64,000 nt of DNA from an uncultured Ignavibacteriales bacterium. Lineage in GTDB: Bacteria > Bacteroidota > Ignavibacteria > Ignavibacteriales > Melioribacteraceae. The position numbers and the translations under genes are program-made. The stretch lies in contig CAVQBF010000002.1 in assembly GCA_963710615.1 (NCBI GenBank), positions 180,221-244,220 on the forward strand, in the 5' to 3' direction. Shown piece after piece: positions 21,224 through 31,596 of the stretch (positions are counted from its first letter, which is position 1; every line of letters starts with the position of its first letter). The notes under the pieces were generated by a model. It saw nothing but the letters and a program-made list of their open reading frames with translations. It had not been told where the DNA came from and made no database searches.

Positions 21224-22093
21224 TTATTTATTTTCATCACTTAAGTGAAAGCGGTGAAATAATTTAATTTTAGCTTCTCCGGAATGAGCTTTATTTATAT
21301 CATTCAAAATATCATTCACAGATTTGGAATTATCTTTAATTGAAGCTTGCTCAGTTAGACAATTTTCTTGGAAAAATTTATTAATTTTACCGTCAGCAAT
21401 TTTATCTAATATTTGTTCAGGTTTCCCTTCTTTTTTTGCAACTTCTTTATAAATTTCTTTTTCTTTTTCAATAACTTCTGCAGAAACTTCATCTCTAGTA
21501 ACGTAAGATGGTTTCATAGCTGCGACTTGCATTGCTGCATCTTTAGCAAAATTCTGAATATTTTCTTTTGCAGCTTCGTTAACATTATCCATTCTGACCA
21601 TTACACCTAACTTTGCACCGTGGTGTATGTAATCGATTATCAAACCAGATTTAGCTTCTTCAATGACAAATCTGGAAACTTCAATTTTTTCACCAATCTT
21701 GCCAATAATATTAGTTAATTCTGCTTGAACAGATTTTCCTTGATGTTCTAAAGATAATAATTCATCGACATTTTTAGGTTCATGTGCAACTACAGTGTCT
21801 AGAACAAAATTTGCAAAGCTTACAAAGTCATCACTTTTGGCAACAAAATCAGTCTCACAGTTAACTTCAACCATAATTCCTTTTGAGTCCCCGTCTAGAA
21901 TTTTTGTAAGAACAATACCTTCGCTTGCAGTTCTTTCAGCTCTTTTTGCTGCAACTGAGGCCCCTTTTTTTCTTAAAATTTCGATCGCTTTATCAAAATC
22001 ACCATCAGCTTCAACAAGTGCCTTTTTGCAATCCATCATTCCGGCACCGGTTTTATCTCTTAATTTTTTTACCAATTGAGCAGTAATTTCCAT
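21224..22093 (-). CDS. tsf: translation elongation factor Ts
   Basis: 289-aa ORF. N-terminal UBA-like LVKKLRDKTGAGMMDCKKAL. Confidence 0.95.
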   Translation of the reverse strand: MEITAQLVKKLRDKTGAGMMDCKKALVEADGDFDKAIEILRKKGASVAAKRAERTASEGIVLTKILDGDSKGIMVEVNCETDFVAKSDDFVSFANFVLDTVVAHEPKNVDELLSLEHQGKSVQAELTNIIGKIGEKIEVSRFVIEEAKSGLIIDYIHHGAKLGVMVRMDNVNEAAKENIQNFAKDAAMQVAAMKPSYVTRDEVSAEVIEKEKEIYKEVAKKEGKPEQILDKIADGKINKFFQENCLTEQASIKDNSKSVNDILNDINKAHSGEAKIKLFHRFHLSDENK

Positions 22094-22110
22094 AATTAAT
22101 TTTCCTCTTT

Positions 22111-23064
22111 TTATTCAGTTTCTTTTTTTTCTTCTTTTGATTCAACAACTTCTGCTGAACTGGATTCTTTATTTTCTACTGGTTTTTCTTTTTTTACTTC
22201 TTCTTTAACAACCTCAGCTTTTTCTTCTTTGTTCTTAGTCGGTATATCTTTTCTTTCACCTTTATCGTTAAACTTTACTTTTCTAATTCTGGGTTTACCA
22301 GATTTCTTTTCTTCAGATGAATCAGCTTCCTGTTTTTTCAATTTTTCTTTTTCAGCAGCTTTTTCAGCTTTTACTTCATTATATTTTTGTAATCCTTCAA
22401 TAACTGCATCTGACATTGTTTTACTAATAAGTTCAATTGCTCTGGCCGCGTCATCATTCGAAGGAATTAAATAATCAACCGGATCTGGATTACAATTTGT
22501 ATCAACAATAGCAAAAATTGGAATGTTAAGTCTTAGTGCTTCATTTATTGCAATAGATTCTTTCTTAATATCAACAATAAATATAGCATTCGGCATTTTT
22601 TTCATTGTTTCAACGCCGTCAAGAATTTTTCTTAATTTATCTCTTTCACGTGTTCTAAATAATTGTTCTTTTTTGGTAATTTTTTCAAAAGTACCATCTG
22701 TTTCCATTTTATCAATTTTTTGCATACGTGTAATACTTTTACGGATAGTTGAAAAGTTTGTCAACATTCCGCCAAGCCATCTTTCGCTAACCCAGTTCAT
22801 TCCGCATCTTTTAGCTTCTTGAGCAATTACACCTTTCGCTTGTTTTTTTGTCCCAACAAATAAAACTGTTCCGCCATCAGAAACTATTTCTCTTAATTTA
22901 TTGGCTGAATGTTCAATTGAAACTTGGGTTTTTTTAAGATCAATGATATGAATCCCATTTTTCTCCATAAAAATATATGGACGCATTTTAGGATTCCAAC
23001 GACGGGTTAGGTGACCAAAATGAGCACCTGATTCAATAAGGGAGGTAAGTTCTACCTTTGACAT
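22111..23064 (-). CDS. rpsB: 30S ribosomal protein S2 with a long K/E-rich C-terminal tail
   Basis: 317-aa ORF with [15 protein letters not shown]. The last ~95 residues are a Lys/Glu-rich low-complexity extension. Confidence 0.95.
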   Translation of the reverse strand: MSKVELTSLIESGAHFGHLTRRWNPKMRPYIFMEKNGIHIIDLKKTQVSIEHSANKLREIVSDGGTVLFVGTKKQAKGVIAQEAKRCGMNWVSERWLGGMLTNFSTIRKSITRMQKIDKMETDGTFEKITKKEQLFRTRERDKLRKILDGVETMKKMPNAIFIVDIKKESIAINEALRLNIPIFAIVDTNCNPDPVDYLIPSNDDAARAIELISKTMSDAVIEGLQKYNEVKAEKAAEKEKLKKQEADSSEEKKSGKPRIRKVKFNDKGERKDIPTKNKEEKAEVVKEEVKKEKPVENKESSSAEVVESKEEKKETE

Positions 23065-23162
23065 ATTAACTCCTGTTTTTCTTCTACTTTTTTCAACTTT
23101 GCCTTAGATCCATTTTTTTTGCAGGACACAGGGGGCAAATCCAAAAGTATGAATGATTTTAT

Positions 23163-23189
23163 AAAAAAGGCGGACAAAAATAATCCGCC
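23163..23189 (-). terminator. intrinsic terminator after rpsI
   Basis: Minus strand GGCGGA ttatttttg TCCGCC followed by TTTTTT, 9 nt past the rpsI stop. Confidence 0.8.
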
Positions 23190-23197
23190 ATGAATAA

Positions 23198-23584
23198 TTA
23201 TCTTTTCGAAAATTGAAATTTCTTTCTAGCTTTTGGTTGACCTGGCTTTTTACGTTCAACCATTCTAGGATCTCTTCTTAATAAGCCTTCAGGTTTTAAT
23301 AGAGTACGTAATTCGGGATTTATATCAATTAAAGCTCTTGCAATACCAAGTCTAATAGCTTCAGCTTGACCACGAACACCACCGCCTTGCACATTGGCAA
23401 TGACATCATATTTACCTAAAGTTTCAGTAAACTTAAAAGGTGTAATTACATCATCTCGATTATCAGGAATAGGGAAGAAGTTTTCGAATTCTCTTTTGTT
23501 TACGGTAACTTTTCCAGTACCATTTCTTAAAATAACTCTTGCAACTGAGGTTTTTCTTCTACCTACAAAAATTTTATCAGCCAT
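23198..23584 (-). CDS. rpsI: 30S ribosomal protein S9
   Basis: 128-aa ORF with [19 protein letters not shown] and a C-terminal KR-rich end. Confidence 0.95.
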   Translation of the reverse strand: MADKIFVGRRKTSVARVILRNGTGKVTVNKREFENFFPIPDNRDDVITPFKFTETLGKYDVIANVQGGGVRGQAEAIRLGIARALIDINPELRTLLKPEGLLRRDPRMVERKKPGQPKARKKFQFSKR

Positions 23585-23599
23585 TTAATATCCTTTAAT

Positions 23600-24040
23600 T
23601 TATAAACTCAATGCTTCAGGTTTTTGGGCGGAATGAGGATGTTCAGAACCAGCATATACTTTCAATTTTTTAATAAGCTTTCTTCCTAACCTATTTTTAG
23701 GTAACATACCTTTAACTGCATGTGTTATAACATACTCAGGTTTTTGGTTAATTAACTCATTAAAAGTTTTTACCTTTACACCACCGGGGTACATGGAGTG
23801 AGTAAAATAGGTTTTCATTTGTTCTCTTTTACCGGTCAATTTTATTTTTTCAGCATTAACTACTATAACAAAATCACCAGTATCCATATTAGGTGTGAAA
23901 ATTGGTTTATGCTTTCCTCTAATAATTGTTGCTGCTTTAGCCGCCAATCTACCTAATACAACATCATTAGCATCAATTACGTGCCATTTTCTATCGGCAT
24001 CTTCGGTTTTGATAAATCTTGTAATTTTTTCTTGTTTCAA
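23600..24040 (-). CDS. rplM: 50S ribosomal protein L13 (TTG start)
   Basis: 146-aa ORF with WHVIDA..VLGRLA. GGAGGA RBS upstream. Confidence 0.95.
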   Translation of the reverse strand: MKQEKITRFIKTEDADRKWHVIDANDVVLGRLAAKAATIIRGKHKPIFTPNMDTGDFVIVVNAEKIKLTGKREQMKTYFTHSMYPGGVKVKTFNELINQKPEYVITHAVKGMLPKNRLGRKLIKKLKVYAGSEHPHSAQKPEALSL

Positions 24041-24069
24041 CTATATCCTCCGTAAAAGAGATTTTTTTT

Positions 24070-24098
24070 AGAGCCTATAAATATATCTGAATAGTTGA
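24070..24098 (-). promoter_or_regulatory. candidate sigma70-type promoter of rplM-rpsI
   Basis: Minus strand TTGACA, a 17-nt spacer, then TATATT, located ~30 nt upstream of the rplM start. Confidence 0.5.
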
Positions 24099-24159
24099 AA
24101 AATGTCAAGAATTCATAATTTAATTTAAATATTTATTTTGCTCTTTATTTTTGATGTTT

Positions 24160-25206
24160 TTATAGATTTTTTGGTTTTACAAATGCAAATATTGTTTCGG
24201 GAAAAGTATCAGTCGCAATTAAAAAACCATCTTCAAAACGGGCAATTCCTTCCCAATTTCTGCTGTTATCCGACATTAGTTTAAGATAAATTGGGACTTG
24301 GTCACTTAAAACGATTTTATCTTCAAGAATCATAAATTCTACAAGTCTTTCAACAGGATTATAAAGTAAATGTGATTCACCAATTCCAAAATTGCGTGCT
24401 AATTCATCAATTGCGGGGTTAAGCTTCTTATCATCACCTGGGAAAAAGTAGTTAATTGCCCAAAATTTACCTGAATTATCAACATCTGTAACATCCGTTA
24501 TTCTATATTCTATTGTTGGGAAAGGGATTTTTTTCTTAAATTTTAGATTATTATCGAATACAGAGACTTGGGGACTTTTATTTATGTTTTTACCATGTAT
24601 TTCAAAAATTGGGATAACATTCCCGTTGTAGTAAAGAATAGATTCATCACTGATGTTATGGATGAACAATTCTGTTGGGTCTTTTGTTAATGAATTTTCA
24701 TCAAGGATAATTATTTTCGTTTCTAGGTCAATTTCACCACGCAACAAAATGGTTTCTGTTTTTCCATCATTCATACTTTCTATACTAAAGTAAACTGTGT
24801 CTCCATTAATTGCGATCCCTTCAAAACCGGAACCAAGTGTAAAAAATTCTTCGAAGTTGGAAAGGTCGATCGAATAAAAATCTGGCAAAATAGGATTAGT
24901 TGAATATCCTGAGATAAAATTAAGTAAAGTCACTTGATCAATGAAAAATATTTTCCCAGATTCACCTCCAAAATCATTAGGGTATTGAGGAAGTAAAATT
25001 AATTTATCTTTATGCCAACACAAACTTGAAATTTCCGAATTTCTTTTTGCAATATCACCTAACAAGGGAATAGGGAGAATTTCAGTTTCATCAACTATTT
25101 TTAGTTCAGAAAGATTTTTATTTGGCTTATTTACGATTTGGTTGCTGCATGCAATAAAAAGGGAAATACTAAATAAAACAATATAAATTTTAATTTTTAT
25201 TATCAT
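24160..25206 (-). CDS. lipoprotein of unknown function
   Basis: 348-aa ORF with a signal peptide and lipobox (SLFIACS). No family confidently recognised. Confidence 0.6.
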   Translation of the reverse strand: MIIKIKIYIVLFSISLFIACSNQIVNKPNKNLSELKIVDETEILPIPLLGDIAKRNSEISSLCWHKDKLILLPQYPNDFGGESGKIFFIDQVTLLNFISGYSTNPILPDFYSIDLSNFEEFFTLGSGFEGIAINGDTVYFSIESMNDGKTETILLRGEIDLETKIIILDENSLTKDPTELFIHNISDESILYYNGNVIPIFEIHGKNINKSPQVSVFDNNLKFKKKIPFPTIEYRITDVTDVDNSGKFWAINYFFPGDDKKLNPAIDELARNFGIGESHLLYNPVERLVEFMILEDKIVLSDQVPIYLKLMSDNSRNWEGIARFEDGFLIATDTFPETIFAFVKPKNL

Positions 25207-25230
25207 ATAGAGTTTTGAAAATTATTACTG

Positions 25231-25267
25231 AGGTTGTTTCATATCTTGAGAGATTAAGAAACAACCT
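25231..25267 (-). terminator. possible terminator hairpin after the 25277-25972 gene
   Basis: 10-bp stem AGGTTGTTTC / GAAACAACCT with a 17-nt loop. The T-tract is weak. Confidence 0.35.
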
Positions 25268-25276
25268 TGTAATATA

Positions 25277-25972
25277 CTATTTAAATAAACTATCCATTCC
25301 CGGAATTTTCATTTCACTGTAATCAGACGGAGGAGCAAATAGATCATCATCTAGACTTTGTTTATTTACCTCAGTTGCCTCAAATCTAGATGTAACTTCA
25401 TTATCATCATCTCGGGTAATTACAAGCATTGGGAAAAAGCCGCTATTGTTAACAGAATTACTCCATCCAGGTGAATATCCGGCACCCATCGGACTTTTCA
25501 TCAGCATAAAATCGCCAAGTTCATCGGTAACCCAAACTTCAACTTCGCCTTCATCTTCTTCATCTGTAAAAATCCATTGTTCGCATTCATATCCTAAAAT
25601 AGTTTTAGTTTTTCCGGTTCGAAATTTCTCGAAATCAAATTCTTGAGGATCATTTTCATCTGATTCATCTTCCATGTCAGTCATACCCGGAAGTTTACTG
25701 AAAATTGAGTTATCGAGATCCATATACATTTTATCTTCATGCATAAGGACAAGAGAACTTTCACCTGTATGAATAAAGGCAGCTTCATTATGTTCACCCA
25801 TTTCCATTCTTAATTTATCAGATTTGATAAAATAATCCATGAACATCTCTTCATCATCACTGGTAATTTTAAATTTAATCTTTCCCTCAAAACCATCTTG
25901 GGCAACTAAATGGTTAAAAGAAAAACATAAAAGAAAAATTAAGATAATTGATCTTTTAAATATTGTCAGCAT
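25277..25972 (-). CDS. secreted acidic protein of unknown function (possibly DUF4412-like)
   Basis: 231-aa ORF with a signal peptide (LCFSFNHLVAQ) and a GGAGG RBS. Family assignment is tentative. Confidence 0.6.
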   Translation of the reverse strand: MLTIFKRSIILIFLLCFSFNHLVAQDGFEGKIKFKITSDDEEMFMDYFIKSDKLRMEMGEHNEAAFIHTGESSLVLMHEDKMYMDLDNSIFSKLPGMTDMEDESDENDPQEFDFEKFRTGKTKTILGYECEQWIFTDEEDEGEVEVWVTDELGDFMLMKSPMGAGYSPGWSNSVNNSGFFPMLVITRDDDNEVTSRFEATEVNKQSLDDDLFAPPSDYSEMKIPGMDSLFK

Positions 25973-26253
25973 TTTACCTCCATTTTTTTGAACATATTTA
26001 ATTAAAATTACAAATTTGTTTATTCATTTGTAAGTAAAAGTATTGTAGTTTTTAAGATTATACAAGAAATATTTTTGTGTGAAATAAAGTTTTTGGTTAT
26101 GTAAGTTATTTTTAGAAGATAAAATATAGCCGAACAATAAAAATAAGTGGTATTAAAGAGTTTATTTTTTATTTTATTATAAATAAAATTAATCGAATTG
26201 TAGTTAGATTTAGACAAGTAAAAAAATAATTTATTCTGAAAGGAGTACACAAA

Positions 26254-27282
26254 TTGTTAAATAAGAAAGATTTGCTCAAAGAAACCATTCAGCATATTGA
26301 TATTAAAGAACATAATGTTATTAATTTAGTCAATTCTATGGAAAAAATGGCTTTTTCTGCAAGAGACTTAAACCGTGCCGCAAATATTTATAATATGATG
26401 TTAGAGGACAAAAACTGTTCCGTAATTTTAACTTTAGCAGGAAGTTTATTTAGCGCCGGACTTAAAAAAGTTGTTTACGATCTTGTTTCAAATAATATGG
26501 TGGATGCAATTGTATCTACTGGTGCAATAATGGTTGATCAAGATTTCTTCGAAGCTTTGGGTTTTAAGCATTATATTGGGTCACAATTTAGTGACGATAA
26601 TGAATTAAGAGATTTACACATTGATAGAATTTATGATACTTATATTGATGAAGATGAATTAAGAATATGCGATGATACCACTGAGGCAATATTTAACAGT
26701 CTTGAGCCGCGACCTTATTCATCAAGAGAATTACTTTGGGAATTTGGCAGATATTTAGAAAATAATGGCGGACCTAAAGTTGATGACAGCGTAATATATG
26801 CAGCTTACAAAAACAACATTCCGATTTTTGTCCCGGCATTTTCAGATTGTTCGGCAGGTTTTGGCATTGTTGTTCATCAGCATAAAAATCCTGAAAAGCA
26901 TTTATCATTTGACTCGGGCAAAGATTTTTTGGAGTTAACTCAAATTAAGATGAATACCAAAGAAACCGGAATTTTCATGATAGGCGGCGGTGTTCCTAAA
27001 AATTTTACTCAAGATATCGTTGTTGCAGCTGATATACTTCAGGAAGATGCTCCAATGCATAAATATGCAATTCAAATAACGGTTGCTGATGATAGAGACG
27101 GTGCTCTTTCCGGTTCAACATTAAAAGAAGCAAGTTCTTGGGGGAAAGTTGAAACGACCTATGAACAAATGGTCTATTCTGAAGCTACAATTGCAATGCC
27201 TTTGGTTGCCGGTTATGCATATCACAAAGGCGCTTGGAAAAATAGAGGAAAAAGAGAATTTCAAAAATTGTTCTTAAAGTAA
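26254..27282 (+). CDS. deoxyhypusine synthase-like protein (TTG start)
   Basis: 342-aa ORF. IGGGVPKNF and the overall pattern match the deoxyhypusine synthase / homospermidine synthase-like family. AAAGGAG lies 8 nt upstream of the TTG. Confidence 0.8.
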   Translation: MLNKKDLLKETIQHIDIKEHNVINLVNSMEKMAFSARDLNRAANIYNMMLEDKNCSVILTLAGSLFSAGLKKVVYDLVSNNMVDAIVSTGAIMVDQDFFEALGFKHYIGSQFSDDNELRDLHIDRIYDTYIDEDELRICDDTTEAIFNSLEPRPYSSRELLWEFGRYLENNGGPKVDDSVIYAAYKNNIPIFVPAFSDCSAGFGIVVHQHKNPEKHLSFDSGKDFLELTQIKMNTKETGIFMIGGGVPKNFTQDIVVAADILQEDAPMHKYAIQITVADDRDGALSGSTLKEASSWGKVETTYEQMVYSEATIAMPLVAGYAYHKGAWKNRGKREFQKLFLK

Positions 27283-27325
27283 ATTGATTAAAATTTTTAT
27301 CATTTAGATTGAAGATGGAGATATT

Positions 27326-28715
27326 ATGTTTAGTGCAAAAACTTATATTGAAAGAAGAAATGAATTAAAAAAGAAATTTAATAAGGGAATTCTTCTATTT
27401 TTAGGTAATGAAGAAGCTCCAATGAATTATGCAGGTAATACTTATCACTATCGGCAGGACAGTACTTTCTTGTATTACTGGGGCTTGAATCAGCCAACGG
27501 TTGCTGCTTTAGTAAACATTGATAAGAATGAAGAAATAATATTTGGCGATGATCGATCTGTTGATGATATTGTTTGGATGGGTTTTGATGAAAGTATACA
27601 TGAAAAAGCAAAAAAAGTTGGTATTTCTGTAGTCAAGTCATTTTCTAAATTAGATAATTATCTCCAAAAGTATTTGAAGAAGGGAACAAAAATTCATTAC
27701 TTACCTCAATATCGCCAAGATAATATTTTCTTACTCGAGGATCTTTTGAATATTAAACACAAAAAAGTGAATGAAAATGCTTCCCCAAAACTGATTAAAG
27801 CCGTTGTAAAACAGAGATCAATTAAAAGTGAAGAAGAGATTACTGAAATTGAAAAAGCAATTGAAACTAGCTATGAAATGAATACAACCGCAATGAAGTT
27901 AATGAAAGCTGGTATTATTGAACGTGAGATATTTGGTAAGGTTGAAGGCATTGCACTCTCAAGAGGAAATGGAGTATCCTTCCCAATTATTTTTTCTGTA
28001 AATGGCCAAATTTTACACAATCATTCACATGAAAATATTATGCAAGATGGTCAAATTGCTGTTTTAGATTCTGGGGCAGAAACCATGATGGGATATGCAA
28101 GTGATATAACCCGTACGATTCCTGTTAATGGAAAATTTAATGAGAAGCAAAAGGCAATTTACAATATTGTACTAGACTCTCAACTTAAATCTATTTCAAT
28201 GATGAAACCAAATGTAAAGTTTAAAGATGTTCACCTCACTGCGGCCAAAGTTATTGCAAACGGGCTTAAAGGAAATTGGAATTATGAAAGGCAATGTTGA
28301 AGAAGCTGTGGAAAAAGGAGCCCATGCATTATTTTTCCCTCACGGACTTGGACACATGATGGGCTTGGATGTTCACGATATGGAAAATCTGGGTGAGAAT
28401 TATGTTGGTTATAGCAAAGCCATTAAAAGAAGTGACCAATTTGGATTAGCTTATTTGCGTTTAGGGAAAGAATTAAAAGAAGGCTTTGTAGTTACAGTAG
28501 AACCAGGCTGTTATTTTATACCGGCTCTCATTGATCAATGGAAAGAAGAAAGAAAACATGAAAAATTCATCAATTATGATAAAATTGAAGAATATAGAGA
28601 TTTTGGCGGTATAAGAATTGAAGATGATGTATTGGTTACAGCAAATGGGAATAGAGTTTTAGGTAAGCCAATTCCAAAGACAGTTGAAGAAGTTGAGAAA
28701 GCTTGTGCTAAATAA
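27326..28715 (+). pseudogene. pepP: Xaa-Pro aminopeptidase (M24B) interrupted by a 1-nt frameshift near 28268-28275
   Basis: Two overlapping ORFs, 27326-28300 and 28227-28715. The junction reads ...AAKVIANGLK / EIGIMKGNVEEAVEKGAHALFFPHGLGHMMGLDVHD. Metal ligand motifs HGLGH, EPG and IRIEDD are in the second frame. Confidence 0.85.
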
Positions 28716-28743
28716 AACTCTTAATATTGAGTAATGAATTGTG

Positions 28744-31596
28744 ATGCCAGATTATTCTAAGCTAATTAGTGAACTAAAAAAACTTATTCCAACAGATAGA
28801 ATTTTTTCAGATGAGCTTCGTACATTTGCTTACGGTACAGACGGAAGCTTTTATCGATTAACTCCAAAAGTAGTTGTTAAAGTTGCTTCGGAAGATGAAT
28901 CTGTATTTGTAATTAGAAAATGCAGCGAACTTAATATTCCAATCACATTCCGGGCCTCTGGAACAAGCTTATCCGGACAATCAATTTCAGATTCAGTTTT
29001 AATGGTTGCTGACAGATCATGGAACCAAGTTAAAATATCTGAAGACCGATGTAAAATTACAGTGCAACCGGCTGTTTTAGGAAGTAAAGCAAACTTAGCA
29101 CTAAAGAAATATAAACGAAAAATAGGTCCGGACCCTGCTTCTATAAATGCAGCAACTGTAATCGGAATTGCTGCAAATAACGCAAGTGGCATGACAAGCG
29201 GTGTAATAAATAATAGCTACAATACAATTGCCGATATGAGAATTGTATTTGCAAATGGCTCAGTATTAAATACTGCAGATGATGATAATAAAGCTTCTTT
29301 TATTGAGCAAAACCGAGAGTTGGTGGTTGAACTGCTTAATATTGCTTGGGATTTAAATATTAAGCCTGACCTTGTTAAAAGAATTAAAAAAAAATATGCC
29401 ATTAAGAACACTACTGGTTATAGTGTAAATTCATTTGTCGATTTTAAAGATCCTATAAAAATTATTAAACATTTAATGATAGGTTCTGAGGGAACTTTAG
29501 GCTTTATCTCTCAAATCACTTACCGCACAATTCTTGAACATCCTAATAAAGCTTCTTCTTTAATTTTATTTCCCAATGTTAAAACTGCTTGTTCAACAAT
29601 ACCGCTGCTTAAAAAACTACCGGTAGATGCTGCAGAAATTATGGATAGGGCATCACTAAGATCAGTGGAAAACAAGAAAGGATTACCAGAATACCTTAAA
29701 ACACTGGAGGGAAATGTTGCTGCATTGCTTATTGAGACTTCAGCCGAAAATGAAAAGGATCTGAGAGTTAATATTGAATATATAAAATCATCCCTAAATA
29801 GAATCGAGACAGTAAGACCTATCGAATTTACTACTGATCCTAAAGAATATTTTAAGCTTTGGAATGTTCGAAAAGGGCTATTTCCTTCTGTTAGTAAAGC
29901 AAGACCACCCGGAACAACTGTGATAATTGAAGATGTAAATTTTGAAACCTCAAAACTTGCAGATGCTGTTACCGATCTGCAGAATCTTTTTGAGCAGCAT
30001 AAATATTATGACACTATAATTTGGGGACATGCTTTATCAGGGAACATTCATTTTGTTTTTGCTCAAGATTTTAGTAAACCTTACGAAGTAAATCGATACA
30101 AAAATTTGATGAATGATGTTGTTCTTTTAGTTATTGAAAAATACGATGGTTCTTTGAAAGCTGAACATGGAACAGGAAGAAATATGGCTCCATTCGTTAA
30201 ATACGAATGGGGTAAAGAGATTTATGATTTCATGGTTAGAACCAAAAATGCTTTTGATCCCAAAGGCATATTTAATCCGGGCGTCTTGATAAATAATGAC
30301 AAAGAGATTCATTTAAAGAATTTAAAACCAACTCCAATTGTAAATCCAATTATTGATAAATGTATCGATTGCGGTTTTTGTGAAAACAATTGTCCGTCAA
30401 AAAATTTAACTCTTACTCCGCGTCAAAGAATATCCGTCTGGCGTGAAATTAACAGACTAAAATCTAAAGGTAATAGTACAAAAAGAATAAAAGAACTTGC
30501 AAAAGAATACGGTTATTTTGGTGAAGAAACTTGTGCGACCGATGGGTTATGTGAGCTTGCTTGTCCCGTTGATATTGATACTGGAAAACTAATTAAAGAA
30601 ATACGCAACACTTCCATAACCCCGTTCCAGAATAAATTAGCAAATATTATTGCTAGGAATTTCAGTGTGGTTACGCAAATATTAAGGACAGCTTTAAATA
30701 TTGTTGCTTTCTTTAACAAAATATTAGGAGACAAATTTTTTAGTAGTATTACACGATTTGTCAGGAAAATATCTTTTAACAAAATTCCCCTTTGGAATAA
30801 ATGCCTTCCCAAAGGAGCCAGATCAAAATTCAGTTTTACTAAGGAAGTGAAGAATCCCAACGCTGTTGTCTATTTTCCAAGCTGTATTAGCAGAACGATG
30901 GGAAATTATTCTGATAGCAAATATAAAGATGATCAAACTACTACCATGAAGCGCTTACTGCAGAAAGCTGGTTATAAAATAATCTATCCTCGAAAAATTA
31001 CAAGTTTATGCTGCGGAATGCCTTTTTCAAGTAAAGGATTCTTTGAACAAGGAAATAAAAAAGCTGAAGAATTGTATAACTCCCTTAATGAAGCAAGTAA
31101 TAACGGTGAATTCCCAATTTTATTTGACACAAGTCCGTGTGTAAAGACTTTTAGAGATTATTTGTCTAAGGAAAGCTTGGTTAATCTAAGGATTTATGAC
31201 ACAGTGGAATTTGTAGCCGACAAAGTATTGGATAAACTGAGGATATTCAAAAAGAAAGAAACTGTTGCCGTGCATTCAACGTGCAGTACAACAAAAATGG
31301 AAATAACTGATAAACTTTTAAAAATTGCCAATTCTTGTGCCGAAAATGTATATGTTCCTGAGGATATCAATTGTTGCGGTTTTGCTGGTGATAGAGGGTT
31401 CTCTTTCCCTGAACTGAATGAATCGGCTCTTGAAAATTTAGATATTTTCCTTAAGCGAAATAATTGCAGAAATGGTTATTCAAATAGTAAAACTTGCGAG
31501 ATTGGTTTATCTCTTCATGGAGGGATTGAGTATAACTCAATTATTTATCTCGTTGATGAGTGCAGTGAACCAAAATCAAATGTGACTGCTAATTAA
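28744..31596 (+). CDS. FAD-linked oxidase fused to 4Fe-4S and CCG domains (YdiJ-like 2-hydroxyacid/D-lactate dehydrogenase architecture)
   Basis: ~950-aa ORF with an N-terminal FAD-binding PCMH-type region, two ferredoxin motifs (CIDCGFCENNCP, CATDGLCELACP) and two CCG motifs (LCCGMPF, NCCGFAG). Confidence 0.8.
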   Translation: MPDYSKLISELKKLIPTDRIFSDELRTFAYGTDGSFYRLTPKVVVKVASEDESVFVIRKCSELNIPITFRASGTSLSGQSISDSVLMVADRSWNQVKISEDRCKITVQPAVLGSKANLALKKYKRKIGPDPASINAATVIGIAANNASGMTSGVINNSYNTIADMRIVFANGSVLNTADDDNKASFIEQNRELVVELLNIAWDLNIKPDLVKRIKKKYAIKNTTGYSVNSFVDFKDPIKIIKHLMIGSEGTLGFISQITYRTILEHPNKASSLILFPNVKTACSTIPLLKKLPVDAAEIMDRASLRSVENKKGLPEYLKTLEGNVAALLIETSAENEKDLRVNIEYIKSSLNRIETVRPIEFTTDPKEYFKLWNVRKGLFPSVSKARPPGTTVIIEDVNFETSKLADAVTDLQNLFEQHKYYDTIIWGHALSGNIHFVFAQDFSKPYEVNRYKNLMNDVVLLVIEKYDGSLKAEHGTGRNMAPFVKYEWGKEIYDFMVRTKNAFDPKGIFNPGVLINNDKEIHLKNLKPTPIVNPIIDKCIDCGFCENNCPSKNLTLTPRQRISVWREINRLKSKGNSTKRIKELAKEYGYFGEETCATDGLCELACPVDIDTGKLIKEIRNTSITPFQNKLANIIARNFSVVTQILRTALNIVAFFNKILGDKFFSSITRFVRKISFNKIPLWNKCLPKGARSKFSFTKEVKNPNAVVYFPSCISRTMGNYSDSKYKDDQTTTMKRLLQKAGYKIIYPRKITSLCCGMPFSSKGFFEQGNKKAEELYNSLNEASNNGEFPILFDTSPCVKTFRDYLSKESLVNLRIYDTVEFVADKVLDKLRIFKKKETVAVHSTCSTTKMEITDKLLKIANSCAENVYVPEDINCCGFAGDRGFSFPELNESALENLDIFLKRNNCRNGYSNSKTCEIGLSLHGGIEYNSIIYLVDECSEPKSNVTAN

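Noticed and set aside
26020-26250. 76-aa minus-strand ORF upstream of the deoxyhypusine-synthase-like gene.
   Set aside because: The product is Asn/Ile/Lys/Tyr-rich as expected from random AT-rich DNA. There is no RBS and no recognisable similarity.
27326-28715. Programmed ribosomal frameshifting as an explanation for the split pepP (and the other split genes).
   Set aside because: There is no slippery heptamer or downstream structure at any of the break sites. The breaks occur in unrelated genes and in both directions, so indel error or mutation is more parsimonious.
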